From: Nitrospirota bacterium
GTDB taxonomy: Bacteria; Nitrospirota; Thermodesulfovibrionia; Thermodesulfovibrionales; JdFR-86
Reading direction: 5' to 3'
DNA length: 64,000 nucleotides
NCBI GenBank assembly: GCA_963721805.1
Contig: CAVRJY010000001.1
Coordinates: 1,344,001-1,408,000, forward strand
Shown: positions 52,712-62,523 of the stretch, in pieces
Position numbering within the stretch: position 1 is the stretch's first letter
Layout of the letters: each line of letters begins with the position of its first letter
The notes under the pieces: model-generated
Seen by the model: the letters and a program-made list of their open reading frames with translations, nothing else
Databases searched by the model: none
Told to the model about the DNA's origin: nothing
Made by a program: the position numbers and the translations under genes

Positions 52712-53626
52712 CTAACGCAAAAGCCGCCTGAGGCTTATGAGCACTGCTTCGGCAATACCCTGCAAGTCGTAACCGCCTTCTAGCACGAATACCATGGGCG
52801 CATCCGTGCTCCCTGCGATGCCGTCCACTATCTGCTCTATGCCCTCGGATGTGACGCGCAGCGAGGCCAGCGGATCGACGGACAGTATGTCATACCCGGC
52901 CGAGACCAGCATTATGTCCGGCCTGAATGAGCTGACGCTCTGTGGAAGGATGTCCTGGTATATGTAGCGGAATTCGCGGTCCCCCGAGCCTGACTGCATC
53001 GGATAGTTGGCCGTAAAACCCTCGCCCGCGCCTCGGCCCTTGTCCATCAGCGCCCCGGTGCCTGGATAAAAGGGATACTGGTGGGTGCTGAAATAGAATA
53101 CCGAGGGGTCGTCCTCGAAGGCGTGCTGGGTGCCGTTCCCGTGGTGGGCGTCGAAGTCGGCGATGAAGACTTTCCGAAACCCCATGCGCTGGGCGTACCT
53201 CGCGCCAATGGCTATGTTGTTGAATATGCAAAACCCCATCGCGTGGTCGCGCTCGGCATGGTGGCCGGGCGGCCTTACGGCGCAAAATGCGCGGTCGAGT
53301 TCACCGGCCTTGATCCGGTCTGTCGCCTCCAGCACCGCACCGGCGGCGAACAGCGCGGCCTCGAGCGTGCCCTTGGATACGTAGGTATCAGGATCGGCAT
53401 AGCCGGGCGGCATGGCCTGTATCATCTCGACGTACGCCGGATCGTGCACCGCCTGGATCTCGTCGAAGGATGCACGCCTTGGCGGGGCCTTGATAAGCGA
53501 GTCCCAGATCTTCGAACCGGTAAGCCGGGCCATGATCGCACGGAGGCGGTCGGCGCTCTCCGGGTGGTCGGGCGGGGTTTCGTGTCTCAGGTAGACGTCG
53601 TCATAGAAAAGCCCGACGCACTTCAT
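52712..53626 (-). CDS. Histone deacetylase family (acetoin utilization / acetylpolyamine) amidohydrolase
   Basis: HPES..RL, RPPGHHA, GFCIFNN, DFDAHHGNGTQ, SAGYD and LEGGY. Confidence 0.93.
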   Translation of the reverse strand: MKCVGLFYDDVYLRHETPPDHPESADRLRAIMARLTGSKIWDSLIKAPPRRASFDEIQAVHDPAYVEMIQAMPPGYADPDTYVSKGTLEAALFAAGAVLEATDRIKAGELDRAFCAVRPPGHHAERDHAMGFCIFNNIAIGARYAQRMGFRKVFIADFDAHHGNGTQHAFEDDPSVFYFSTHQYPFYPGTGALMDKGRGAGEGFTANYPMQSGSGDREFRYIYQDILPQSVSSFRPDIMLVSAGYDILSVDPLASLRVTSEGIEQIVDGIAGSTDAPMVFVLEGGYDLQGIAEAVLISLRRLLR

Positions 53627-54126
53627 CGCTGCTCTGTGGGCTTTGGGCACGAGGCGCACTCAAACGCCAGAAGCACGCATCGCTCGCGCTCGATCTTGGC
53701 GGCGGGGAGAGGCTCGGCCGGCCGGACGCTCAGCTCGGTGAGTGCATCTTCGCGCGTGGGTATTTCGTGCGAGATGAGCTTTCCGGTCCGGGTGTCGAGC
53801 ACATGTGCGATGAGCCCGTCGGTCACGACCGCGTACGGGGCAGGTGTGCTGTCCATCAGCCGCGCCATAGCGAGCACATGCCGTTCCCTCGAATCCAGCG
53901 CCATCGAGCACTTGACCGCCATCACGGGCCTGCCCTCGATCCGCACTGCATAGTCGACCGTAACGGTCTCCTCGGCGTTGGCGGTCTTGACGTGGAAGCG
54001 GAATTCCGGGGTTAAGTCCCCCTCCAGGTAGCCCCGGTCCATGAGCATCTGAAATGCGAGTGCGCGGGCGTCTTCGGTGACCACGGCCTCACGCTCCTCG
54101 AGCTCCTTGACCTTCTCTTCGGCCAT
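53623..54126 (-). CDS. Stand-alone HsdR N-terminal-like (PD-(D/E)xK fold) protein
   Basis: LMDRGY..VDYAV..MAVKC..YAVVTDG pattern and C-terminal CxxC. Family call from recall. Confidence 0.6.
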   Translation of the reverse strand: MAEEKVKELEEREAVVTEDARALAFQMLMDRGYLEGDLTPEFRFHVKTANAEETVTVDYAVRIEGRPVMAVKCSMALDSRERHVLAMARLMDSTPAPYAVVTDGLIAHVLDTRTGKLISHEIPTREDALTELSVRPAEPLPAAKIERERCVLLAFECASCPKPTEQR

Positions 54127-54203
54127 CCTGACGCGATCCCCGCACTGTGACATATGAAATTATAACACAGCGGGTTAGGGTGAGATGAGCAGCACGGACA
54201 GGC

Positions 54204-55016
54204 TTACGGGCGGGGTTTTTCGCCCTGTGTGAGGGCGTTGAAAGCGGGGTCGTTCGCAAGCGATGAGAAGTCCTCATCCGAGCGGGCCAGCAGCGCGAAG
54301 TCCTTGTGAAGCTCGACTGCGGTCTTGAGGTTTCTTAGCGCCTCGTCCTTTTGGCCCCGGCGCGCATACAGGCATGCAAGGTTATAATATGCAAAGTGGA
54401 ATTTTGGGCTATGTTTGATAACCGTGTTGTAAGCCTCGAAGGCCTCGTCCGTACGCCCGAGTGCGGCGAGCACCACGCCTTTGTTGTACCACCCCTCCGC
54501 GTACGAAGGGTTGATGCCCAGCGCCCTGTCCTGCACGGCCAAAGCCTCCTGCAGCCTGCCCGTGCGTTCGAGGACGACGCCCTTGTTGCTTAAGGCATCG
54601 ATGGAATCTGCCCTGAGAGAGAGGGCGCGGTCAAAGGCCTCGAGCGACCGCTCGAAGCGGTCGAGCCTGCCGCTGATGATCCCGACGATCAGCCAGCCCT
54701 GAAAAAAATCGGGTTTTAGCCTGACGATGGACTCGTATAGCGCAAGGGCTTCTTCCGGCTGCCCGGCTCGCTCGAGGGCGTTGGCCCTCATGAACATGGC
54801 TTCGAGGAAATCAGGCCGCAGCGCGAGGGCCTTGTCGTAAGATGCCATCTCCTCGGCCGCGTATCCTAGCTTTCCGAGCACCACGCCACGGTTGAGCCAG
54901 GCCTCCGCAAAATCCGGCTTGATTTCTATGGCCTTGTCAAAGGCATCGACTGCCTCGGAGTAGTCCTTCCGTTCGTTTAGCGCCAGGCCGCGCCTGAAGT
55001 GGGTATCGGCATCCAT
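54204..55016 (-). CDS. Tetratricopeptide repeat protein
   Basis: About seven repeats like AWLNRGVVLGKLG..YDKALALRPD, ending YYNLACLYA. Confidence 0.92.
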   Translation of the reverse strand: MDADTHFRRGLALNERKDYSEAVDAFDKAIEIKPDFAEAWLNRGVVLGKLGYAAEEMASYDKALALRPDFLEAMFMRANALERAGQPEEALALYESIVRLKPDFFQGWLIVGIISGRLDRFERSLEAFDRALSLRADSIDALSNKGVVLERTGRLQEALAVQDRALGINPSYAEGWYNKGVVLAALGRTDEAFEAYNTVIKHSPKFHFAYYNLACLYARRGQKDEALRNLKTAVELHKDFALLARSDEDFSSLANDPAFNALTQGEKPRP

Positions 55017-55110
55017 GGGATCAATTATATCAGAGCGGCGGCCTGCAAGAGAATGGATTTCAGACTGCAATCGCGACAGGTGCGGAGGTATTACGATAAA
55101 TGGCCGGGGT

Positions 55111-55479
55111 CTAGGACTCTATGAGCACGAACGCCACAGCATATTCGCGTTCGTGCGCGAGGGTCAGGTGGATCTTCGATTTGCCGAAACCTGTGAGCAG
55201 ACGGGCCGCGTCGCCGTTGAGCCTGAGCGATGGCCGTCCGGCCTCGTCGTTTCTGACCTCGATGTCCCTAAGCGTAAGGCCGTATGTCCCGCCAAGGGCC
55301 TTGATAAGCGCCTCCCTAGCCGCGAAGCGCACGGCGAGGTGCGGATAGGGATTACTGTGGCTCATGCAGTATGCGATCTCGTCGCTGGTATATACGCGTT
55401 CGAGGAACTTGTGTCCCCAGCGCCTGACCGCATCCCTTATGCGGTCGGTGCGGACGATATCCGTGCCGATCCTGATCAT
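55111..55479 (-). CDS. acpS: Holo-[acyl-carrier-protein] synthase
   Basis: IGTDIV, LAVRFAAREALIKALG, GRP and TLAHE. Confidence 0.93.
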   Translation of the reverse strand: MIRIGTDIVRTDRIRDAVRRWGHKFLERVYTSDEIAYCMSHSNPYPHLAVRFAAREALIKALGGTYGLTLRDIEVRNDEAGRPSLRLNGDAARLLTGFGKSKIHLTLAHEREYAVAFVLIES

Positions 55480-56183
55480 CCCGTGATGGCCTTCATCTCG
55501 CGCACCGCGCGCTCGATTCCTACGAGCACCGCTCGGGCGATTATGCTGTGTCCGATATATAGCCCGCGCAGGTTTTCTATCGCAATGATCGCCCGTACGT
55601 TGTGGTAATTAAGCCCGTGTCCGGCGTTGATGCCGAGGCCGAGGTCGGCCCCGGTGTGTGCGGCGGCGATGATCCTCCGGAATTCGGCCTCCTGGCGCTT
55701 GCCGCGCAAATTCGAGTACTCGCCGGTATGGAGCTCGACCATATCGGCCCCGGCGTCCTTGGCCGCGATGAGCGCGGCCTCCTCGGGATCGATGAACAGG
55801 CTTACCGGGATGCCTGCCTTATGGAGTCGTGTGATGGCCTCGCGTATGCTGCGCTTCTTGCCTGCAACATCGAGCCCGCCCTCGGTCGTAAGCTCCTGCC
55901 GGTGCTCGGGCACCAGAGTCACCATCTCGGGCCTGACATTGACGGCGATGCGGAGCATCTCAGGGGTGGCGGCCATCTCGAGGTTGAGTTCGACTGCAAC
56001 TATCTCCCTGAGCAGCCTCAGATCGCGGTCGTGGATATGCCTGCGGTCCTCACGAAGGTGCACCGTTATCCCATCGGCACCGCCCAGGAGCGCCAGGGGC
56101 GCGGCCATAAGCGGGTCGGGCTCTACGCCTTTCCTTGCCTCGCGCAAAGTGGCCACGTGGTCTATGTTAACGCCAAGGATCAA
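55476..56183 (-). CDS. pdxJ: Pyridoxine 5'-phosphate synthase
   Basis: LGVNIDHVATLR, ITVHLREDRRHI, TTEGGLD, ELHTG and NAGHGL. Confidence 0.98.
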   Translation of the reverse strand: MILGVNIDHVATLREARKGVEPDPLMAAPLALLGGADGITVHLREDRRHIHDRDLRLLREIVAVELNLEMAATPEMLRIAVNVRPEMVTLVPEHRQELTTEGGLDVAGKKRSIREAITRLHKAGIPVSLFIDPEEAALIAAKDAGADMVELHTGEYSNLRGKRQEAEFRRIIAAAHTGADLGLGINAGHGLNYHNVRAIIAIENLRGLYIGHSIIARAVLVGIERAVREMKAITG

Positions 56184-56206
56184 TTTACCCTCCTATAAAA
56201 ATTATA

Positions 56207-57208
56207 TCAAAGTCTGGCCTGCACGGCGGCATAAACCTCATCGACCGTGACGGCCCGCATGCACTGGAGTTCCGGGCAGTAGTCCTTCTTGCGGCATGGC
56301 GAGCATGAGAGGGCCTTGTGCAAAACGGTGTGCCCCGGCCCGTAAGGCCCTGTCCTGGCCGGGTCGGTCGGCCCGAATATCGCGATGACCGGCACGCCGA
56401 GCCCGGCCGCGATATGCATCGCGCCCGTGTCGTTCGTCACAACGAATTTCGCGCCGCCCAGCACGCTTGCGAGTTCCTTAAGCGACGTCTTTCCGGTAAG
56501 CGATTCCGCGCGGCCCTCGGAGTACCTGACCACCTTATCCGCGATCCAAGCATCCGCCTCCGAGCCGACGACGTAGGAATGGATCGGGAGCATCGAGGCC
56601 AGCACACCGAACCTTTCGGCCGGCCAGCGCTTGGTCTGCCACCTGGCGCCCGGCACGAGCACCGCGTACGGTCCCTCGCGGTCGAGCAGGTATGGTTCCT
56701 TGAGGATAGGGAATGCCACGGGGGAATCGGCGCACCCCAGGAACCGCGCGACGTCGAGGTATCGGTCGACCGCGTGGACCGCGCCGGAGGACGGGGCCTC
56801 ATGGGTATAAAAAAGCCAGCTTGCCTCGCGCGCGTCGCTCAACCCGATGCGCAGCTTCGCACCCGAGAGCCAGGTGATCACGCCGCTTCTAAAAAGTCCC
56901 TGGATGTCGAGAGTTAGGGCGTACCCGCGTGCTTTCATCGCGCGCGAGATCGTGCGCAGTTCCGAGAGCATCTCTCCGGCCGAGCCGATGCGCTTCCACC
57001 GGTCCTTGTCGATGATCCAGAGGCGGGTGATCATCGGATGCTCCACGAGCAGGCCTTCGAGGCCGCGTGCGATGACCCAGTCGATCTCGGCCTCGGGGAA
57101 GCATTCCTTAAGGCGGGCCAGGAGCGCAAGGCCGTGCACGACATCGCCGAGCGAACTCGGTTTTACGATGAGGATGCGTTTCGGCCTGCGTCCCTCGAGT
57201 ATGTCCAC
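56207..57208 (-). CDS. waaC: GT9 lipopolysaccharide heptosyltransferase (WaaC-like)
   Basis: ILIVKPSSLGDVVH, LDIQGLFRS, KRWP and NDTGAMHIAA..FGPT. Confidence 0.8.
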   Translation of the reverse strand: MDILEGRRPKRILIVKPSSLGDVVHGLALLARLKECFPEAEIDWVIARGLEGLLVEHPMITRLWIIDKDRWKRIGSAGEMLSELRTISRAMKARGYALTLDIQGLFRSGVITWLSGAKLRIGLSDAREASWLFYTHEAPSSGAVHAVDRYLDVARFLGCADSPVAFPILKEPYLLDREGPYAVLVPGARWQTKRWPAERFGVLASMLPIHSYVVGSEADAWIADKVVRYSEGRAESLTGKTSLKELASVLGGAKFVVTNDTGAMHIAAGLGVPVIAIFGPTDPARTGPYGPGHTVLHKALSCSPCRKKDYCPELQCMRAVTVDEVYAAVQARL

Positions 57209-57209
57209 A

Positions 57210-57857
57210 TCAGGACTTGTTGCGCGTGAGCAGACAGTTAAGCCATACGACGTTCATGTAATAAGCCTCTTCCTTTAGCATCTGCCTCAACGTGCCATCT
57301 GGGTGCTTCCTCATGTACCGCTTGAGTTCCTTGTCGAAAAAGACCTTCGCGCGGTCCAGGTTAGATTCGTTGAACGGATAGATGCCGCGGCCCAGCAGGT
57401 TTCTGCCCTCGAACTCGAATATCCGGCCGCCGAAGATATCGCCCTGGCGGAGCTTGGGGACCGCCGTGCCCGTGAGCGCCGATTCGCCGCCTCCCAGCAT
57501 GTCCTCGACCGCGCACGAGCCCTCGCCAATGGCCTTGACCCTGTAGACGCTGAGCACGGAGTCCCTCATAGCGGTGAGCACCGACGAGGTGCGGCCATCG
57601 GGCTTTTTCGCTTTGATGTAGACGTCTATTAGGGATTCATGTAGTGCCTTGCGCCTATAGTCGCAGACCAGCCAGTCCTCGAAATTGATAAATGCAATGC
57701 CCAGCGCTGTGCCTCCGAGGATGTCCTCGGGGTCCTCTTCCTCCCAGAAAAAATCGTACGCGTCGTCGATCTCCTCGGCCGCGGACTCGCGGAGGTATTC
57801 GATCACGGAATTAAATGCGCTATTGAGAAGCTCGCAGCTGTCTGTCAGTTCGTTCAT
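57210..57857 (-). CDS. Hypothetical protein
   Basis: 215-aa ORF tightly packed between the two heptosyltransferase genes. Confidence 0.7.
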   Translation of the reverse strand: MNELTDSCELLNSAFNSVIEYLRESAAEEIDDAYDFFWEEEDPEDILGGTALGIAFINFEDWLVCDYRRKALHESLIDVYIKAKKPDGRTSSVLTAMRDSVLSVYRVKAIGEGSCAVEDMLGGGESALTGTAVPKLRQGDIFGGRIFEFEGRNLLGRGIYPFNESNLDRAKVFFDKELKRYMRKHPDGTLRQMLKEEAYYMNVVWLNCLLTRNKS

Positions 57858-57865
57858 GACGGGTA

Positions 57866-59377
57866 TTATACCTCAGAGAGAATAAGCTTTACAGCCTCAT
57901 CGAGGCTGGGCACTACATAGTCGGCGTGAGCCGATTCGGCCTGTTTTCCGGTCTGCACCAGCACAGAGCGCGCACCGACCGCGCGTGCCAGGAGCATGTC
58001 CGCGTCCTTATCCCCCACTACCCATGAGCCGCGCAGGTCGATATTGTGCTCCGCGCGGGCCTGAAGCAGCATGCCGGGCGAGGGTTTTCTGCACTCGCAG
58101 CCGTCCTCCGGCCCGTGGGGGCAATAATAAAACGCCTCGAACCCACGGTTGTCAATGAAGTGGCGGTTCACCCCGCAAGTGAATGTCTCGTCCACTAGCC
58201 CGCGCGCGATGCCGGACTGGTTCGAGACCCCGACGAGCATGTAGCCGGCCTCGCGTAGGCGGTTTAGCGATGCTACGTCGTCGAACTCTCGGAAGTCCTG
58301 CCACGAGTTCAGGAAATGAGCGTCCAGGCAAAGAGTGCCGTCGCGGTCGAAAAACACGGCCTTCCTCTCGGGCAACAGCGAACCTATCGCATTAAGCACA
58401 GCCTCCGGGCTGATGGATTCCATGCACTCGATGCGGTCTTTCGGGCAGGTGCGCTTAAAGCACGGCGCACACACCGTCTTGGTGCGCAGCACGATGTTGC
58501 CCCTGCGGTCGAGCGGGCCGGTAAGCTCGGGGTCGGTCGAGCCGAATATCCCGATAAGCGGGGTGCGCACCGCATAGCCGATGTGCATCGGGCCCGAGTC
58601 GTTCGATACGAGCACGTCGCATGCGGCTATCAGCGCCATGAGTTCGCGCACGGTAGTCATGCCCGCAAGCGGCATCAGGCGGCCGGAGGGGACCGAGGCG
58701 GAGCTTACGATCTCCGAGGCGATGGTCGCCTCCGCCGGCCCTCCGAATACCAGTACGCTTCCGCCTAGTTTATTGATAACGCCTTCGGCCACGCGGCTGA
58801 ACCTCGCGGCCGGCCAGTGCTTGGCGCTCCCGAACGCTGCGCCGGGATTGAGTCCCACGACAGGCCGGGGCAGGTGCCCGATCATCTTGATCGCGGCCTG
58901 TCGCTCATCGACAGTTAGGTCGAGCCAGGGCTCCGGTCTAAGCTCCGGGCGCTCTGACTTGATCCCCGCGACCTCGAGCATCTTCAGGTAATAGTCGATA
59001 TGGTGCATCAGGCGGTCGTCGTTGTCATATGCTACGGCCTCCGTAAGCAGCAGTCCCCGTCCGTCGCGGCCGTACCCGATGCGGTTTGGGATGCGGCTAA
59101 GCCACGCGATCAATGCCGCGCCGAACGCGTTTTGAAGCAGGATGGCATGAGTGAAATTCTTTCTTCGCAGTTCGCGGGCAGTGGCGATGATGCCTTTGTT
59201 CAGGACGATGACCTCGTCGATATAACATGCCTTCTCAAACAGCGGTGCGATCACAGGCTTGACGAGGAGCGATATCCGGGCGCCTGGATATGCACGGCGG
59301 ATCGATCGCAGCGCGGGGATGGTCATCACCGCGTCTCCGATCCAGTTTACGCCCCTTATTAATATCCGCTCGGACAT
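57866..59377 (-). CDS. waaF: Heptosyltransferase II (WaaF) fused to heptose-1,7-bisphosphate phosphatase (GmhB, HAD)
   Basis: NWIGDAVM, NPGAAFGSAKHWP and NDSGPMH, followed in frame by FFDRDGT, SNQSGIARG, CPH..CECRKP and VGDK..D. Confidence 0.92.
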   Translation of the reverse strand: MSERILIRGVNWIGDAVMTIPALRSIRRAYPGARISLLVKPVIAPLFEKACYIDEVIVLNKGIIATARELRRKNFTHAILLQNAFGAALIAWLSRIPNRIGYGRDGRGLLLTEAVAYDNDDRLMHHIDYYLKMLEVAGIKSERPELRPEPWLDLTVDERQAAIKMIGHLPRPVVGLNPGAAFGSAKHWPAARFSRVAEGVINKLGGSVLVFGGPAEATIASEIVSSASVPSGRLMPLAGMTTVRELMALIAACDVLVSNDSGPMHIGYAVRTPLIGIFGSTDPELTGPLDRRGNIVLRTKTVCAPCFKRTCPKDRIECMESISPEAVLNAIGSLLPERKAVFFDRDGTLCLDAHFLNSWQDFREFDDVASLNRLREAGYMLVGVSNQSGIARGLVDETFTCGVNRHFIDNRGFEAFYYCPHGPEDGCECRKPSPGMLLQARAEHNIDLRGSWVVGDKDADMLLARAVGARSVLVQTGKQAESAHADYVVPSLDEAVKLILSEV

Positions 59378-59390
59378 AGCCCCTTTTCAT

Positions 59391-59417
59391 AAAGAGAGGG
59401 GCCATCCGGCCCCCCTC
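59391..59417 (-). terminator. Intrinsic terminator after metF
   Basis: Minus strand gaggggggcc-ggat-ggcccctctc followed by ttt. Confidence 0.6.
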
Positions 59418-59451
59418 GGTAATCGCGTCATTTTATCTGGTGCGTCAAGCT

Positions 59452-60336
59452 CTACAAAAGCCCCGCGCGCTGCATGATCTCGGGAACCTTCTCCTCCATG
59501 CCTATAGCCATGATATGCACGCCGTCGCAGATGCCTTCGTCCTTGAGCTGCTTGATATGGCGGGCACAGATGTTCATGCCGGTATCGAGCGCCTTCTCCT
59601 TGCCCGCGGCCTTGACCTCCTCAATCAGCTCTTCGGGCACGCGGATGCCGGGCACGTTGTTGTTGAGGAAGCGAGCCATGCCCACGCTCTTGAGCACGAC
59701 GAAACCGGCCAGGACCTTAACGTGCGGGAATTTGCGAGCGAACTTCATGAACTCCTTGAACTTCTCGATGTCGTATATCGCCTGGGTCTGGAAGAACTTC
59801 GCCCCGGCCTTTATCTTCTTCTGGAACTTCATGAGCTGCGGCTCGAGCGGGTTGGCCTCGGGTGTGACAACGCCGCCCTGGAAAAAGTTGGTGCTGCCCT
59901 TAAGCTCGTTGCCCGAGAGGTCCCTGCCGTTGTTAAGGCCATCGACGGCCATGAGGAGCTGGACGGATTCGAGGTCATATACCGGCTTTGCGCCCTTGTG
60001 GTCACCGGCGCTTACGTGGTCGCCTGTCATGCAAAGGACGTTCTTGATCCCGAGGATGCTCGCTCCTAAAAGATCGGACTGCAACCCAATTCTGTTTCTG
60101 TCGCGGCAGGTCATCTGGAGGATCGGCTCTAAGCCTTTCTCGATGGCCTTGACGCATACCGCGGTCGAGGATATGCGCATCACGGCCGACTGGTTGTCGG
60201 TGACGTTAACGGCGTCGATCTTGCCCTTGAGGATGTCCATATGGTGGAGCATCTCGGCGATGTCGGTGCCCTTCGGGGGGCCGACCTCGGCCGTGACGAC
60301 GAACTTGCCTGAGTTAAGCGATTCTTTAAAGGTCAT
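59452..60336 (-). CDS. metF: Methylenetetrahydrofolate reductase
   Basis: TAEVGPPKG, VNVTDNQ, LQMTCRDRN, CMTGD, GAKFFQTQ and GVHIMAIG. GAGGAG lies upstream of ATG 60336. Confidence 0.93.
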   Translation of the reverse strand: MTFKESLNSGKFVVTAEVGPPKGTDIAEMLHHMDILKGKIDAVNVTDNQSAVMRISSTAVCVKAIEKGLEPILQMTCRDRNRIGLQSDLLGASILGIKNVLCMTGDHVSAGDHKGAKPVYDLESVQLLMAVDGLNNGRDLSGNELKGSTNFFQGGVVTPEANPLEPQLMKFQKKIKAGAKFFQTQAIYDIEKFKEFMKFARKFPHVKVLAGFVVLKSVGMARFLNNNVPGIRVPEELIEEVKAAGKEKALDTGMNICARHIKQLKDEGICDGVHIMAIGMEEKVPEIMQRAGLL

Positions 60337-61009
60337 TATCTTTTTCTCCTCCCCTTCGGGCCGCGCCGAGAGCGTGCGGGGCTTCTGGCTCTGCGACCAG
60401 TCCTTGGGCTCCAATATGCGCTCCTGAAGGTCATCGAGCTGGCCGATCTTCTTCATGCGCTCGTATATGCGCACCCAGCAGCACTTGATGTCCGGGCTGA
60501 CCTCGCAGTTGCCGTCCTTGCAGCCGCCGCAGGGGCCGTTCAGGAGGCCCTTGGGGCAGTTGGTCACCGGGCATATGCCGCCGGTCTGGTCTATGATGCA
60601 CTCGCCGCAGAGCGAGCAGCGCTCGTCAAAGAGCTGAAAGCGGGTCATGTTACCCAGAAACATGCTGTCGTTCGCGGGATATACCGGCTTGTCCGGGAAC
60701 ATCTCGACCGCGGCCTGCGTGCCCGCGCCGCAGGACATCACGATCACGGCGTCGGCATCGTCGGTCTCGTTCTTGAGGTCCTTGAGTTCGACCTTTGTCC
60801 CGAGCACCTGGCAGCCGGTCTTGGCCCTGAAGGTGCCTGTCACGGTCTTGCCGCTCGCTTCGCAGTTCCTTCTTAAGCTCTGCGATCTCGGGCTCGCCCC
60901 CGGTGCCGCACAGCGATGCGCACTCGGAGCAGCCGAGCAGGAAGAACTTGTTGTAGCGCTTGACGGTCTCGTGCAGCTTCGCACGCTCCTTCTTTTTCGT
61001 GATAATCAT
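60337..61009 (-). CDS. metV: MTHFR small Zn/Fe-S subunit MetV (frameshift near 60862; reads in frame into metF as sequenced)
   Basis: GCSECASLCGTGG, SCGAG, CSLCGEC, ICPVTNCPKGLLNGPCGG and CEV..CCW. Confidence 0.85.
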
Positions 61010-61018
61010 CTCTCGCTC

Positions 61019-61927
61019 CTATTTGATCCCGGCGTGCAGCTTGGCCGAGGTCACGGTGTTTTTCATGAGCATCGTTATCGTCATCGGCCCGACGCCTCCC
61101 GGCACCGGCGTTATCGCACCGGCGATCTCCTTCGCGGCGTCGAAGTCCACGTCGCCCTTGAGGATCGGGACCATCTTGCCGGTCTTCTCGCTGAGCTTCT
61201 CGCCCACGCGGTTTACGCCCACGTCGATCACGCACGCGCCGGGCTTGATCCACTCGGGCTTGACGAGGCCGGGCACGCCGGCAGCGACGATCAGGATGTC
61301 CGCGCGCTTGCAGTGCGCCTCCATGTTCTTGGTCCCGGTGTGCACGACCGTAACGGTCGAGTTCGCGCCGCGGCCCTTCTGGAGCATGATCATGGCTATC
61401 GGCTTGCCGACGATGTTCGAGCGTCCGACGACTACGACCTCCGCCCCGTCGGTATTGAACCCCGAGCGCACGATGAGCTCCTGTATCCCGGCCGGAGTGC
61501 AGGGCAGGAACCTTGCCTCGGCCCCTCCGATCATCAGGCGGCCTACGTTAACCGGGTGGAAGCAGTCGACGTCCTTGTCCGGATCAATCGCGTTTAGGAC
61601 CTTCTTGTCGTTTATGTGCTTGGGCAGCGGGAGCTGCACGAGGATGCCGTGTATCTTCGGGTCCTTGTTGTACTTGTCGACGAGCGCCAGGAGCGCCTCC
61701 TCGGTGATCTCGGCCGGCTGGTCGTCCTGCAGCGAGATGAAGCCGACCTCGTGCGCGGCCTTGTGCTTGCCGGTGACGTAGCTCACGGATGCCGGGTTCT
61801 TGCCTACGAGAATCGTCACGAGGCCCGGCGTGACTCCATGCTTTTCCTTCATCTCGGCCACTTCTTTTTTGAGCTCTTCCTTGATCTGCGCGGCAATCTC
61901 GGTGCCGCTGATAATCTTCGCTGACAT
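61019..61927 (-). CDS. folD: Methylenetetrahydrofolate dehydrogenase/cyclohydrolase
   Basis: GILVQLPLP, KDVD.FHP, PCTPAG, GRSNIVGKP and TPVPGGVGPMT. Confidence 0.98.
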   Translation of the reverse strand: MSAKIISGTEIAAQIKEELKKEVAEMKEKHGVTPGLVTILVGKNPASVSYVTGKHKAAHEVGFISLQDDQPAEITEEALLALVDKYNKDPKIHGILVQLPLPKHINDKKVLNAIDPDKDVDCFHPVNVGRLMIGGAEARFLPCTPAGIQELIVRSGFNTDGAEVVVVGRSNIVGKPIAMIMLQKGRGANSTVTVVHTGTKNMEAHCKRADILIVAAGVPGLVKPEWIKPGACVIDVGVNRVGEKLSEKTGKMVPILKGDVDFDAAKEIAGAITPVPGGVGPMTITMLMKNTVTSAKLHAGIK

Positions 61928-61951
61928 CTGCTTTTTACCCCTCCCGTTTTA

Positions 61952-62512
61952 TTAGTAGTTCTTCTTTATAAGTTCAAGCATCTCTTCGCGCGTAGAGGCC
62001 TTTGTCCGGAATATCCCACGGACGGCCGAGGTCACGGTGCGAGAGCCCGGCTTTTTGATCCCGCGCATGCTCATGCAGAGGTGGTCGGCGTCGATCACGA
62101 CCATCGCGCCCTTGGGCTTTAATTTATCCATTATCAGATCGGCAAGCTGGGTGGTCAACCGCTCCTGCACCTGGGGCCGCTTGGCGAAGTGCTCGAGCGC
62201 CTTGGCCAGCGCGCTTAGCCCGACGATCTTCCCAGATGGGATATACGCTATGTGGGCCTTGCCGATGAACGGCAGCAGGTGGTGCTCGCAGACCGAGTAA
62301 AACGGGATGTCCTTTATCAGGATCATCTCGTCGTGGCTCTCGCCCTCAATGGTTTTTAAAAGCTGGTCTTCGGGTGTATGCAGGCCGGAGAAAATCTCTC
62401 CGTACATCTCGGCTACGCGGGAGGGGGTATCCTTTATGCCAGGGCGCGTGGTGTCCTCGCCAATGCCCTCAAGGATCAGGCGCACACCCTTTTCGATCTT
62501 CTTGCGGTCCAT
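61952..62512 (-). CDS. folE: GTP cyclohydrolase I
   Basis: [23 protein letters not shown] and HLCMSMRG. Confidence 0.97.
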   Translation of the reverse strand: MDRKKIEKGVRLILEGIGEDTTRPGIKDTPSRVAEMYGEIFSGLHTPEDQLLKTIEGESHDEMILIKDIPFYSVCEHHLLPFIGKAHIAYIPSGKIVGLSALAKALEHFAKRPQVQERLTTQLADLIMDKLKPKGAMVVIDADHLCMSMRGIKKPGSRTVTSAVRGIFRTKASTREEMLELIKKNY

Positions 62513-62523
62513 CGTCTCCCCTG

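Noticed and set aside
48997..62512. queE + folE as a 7-deazaguanine DNA-modification (dpd) system
   Set aside because: The genes are far apart in housekeeping contexts and no dpdA/tgt-like gene is present.
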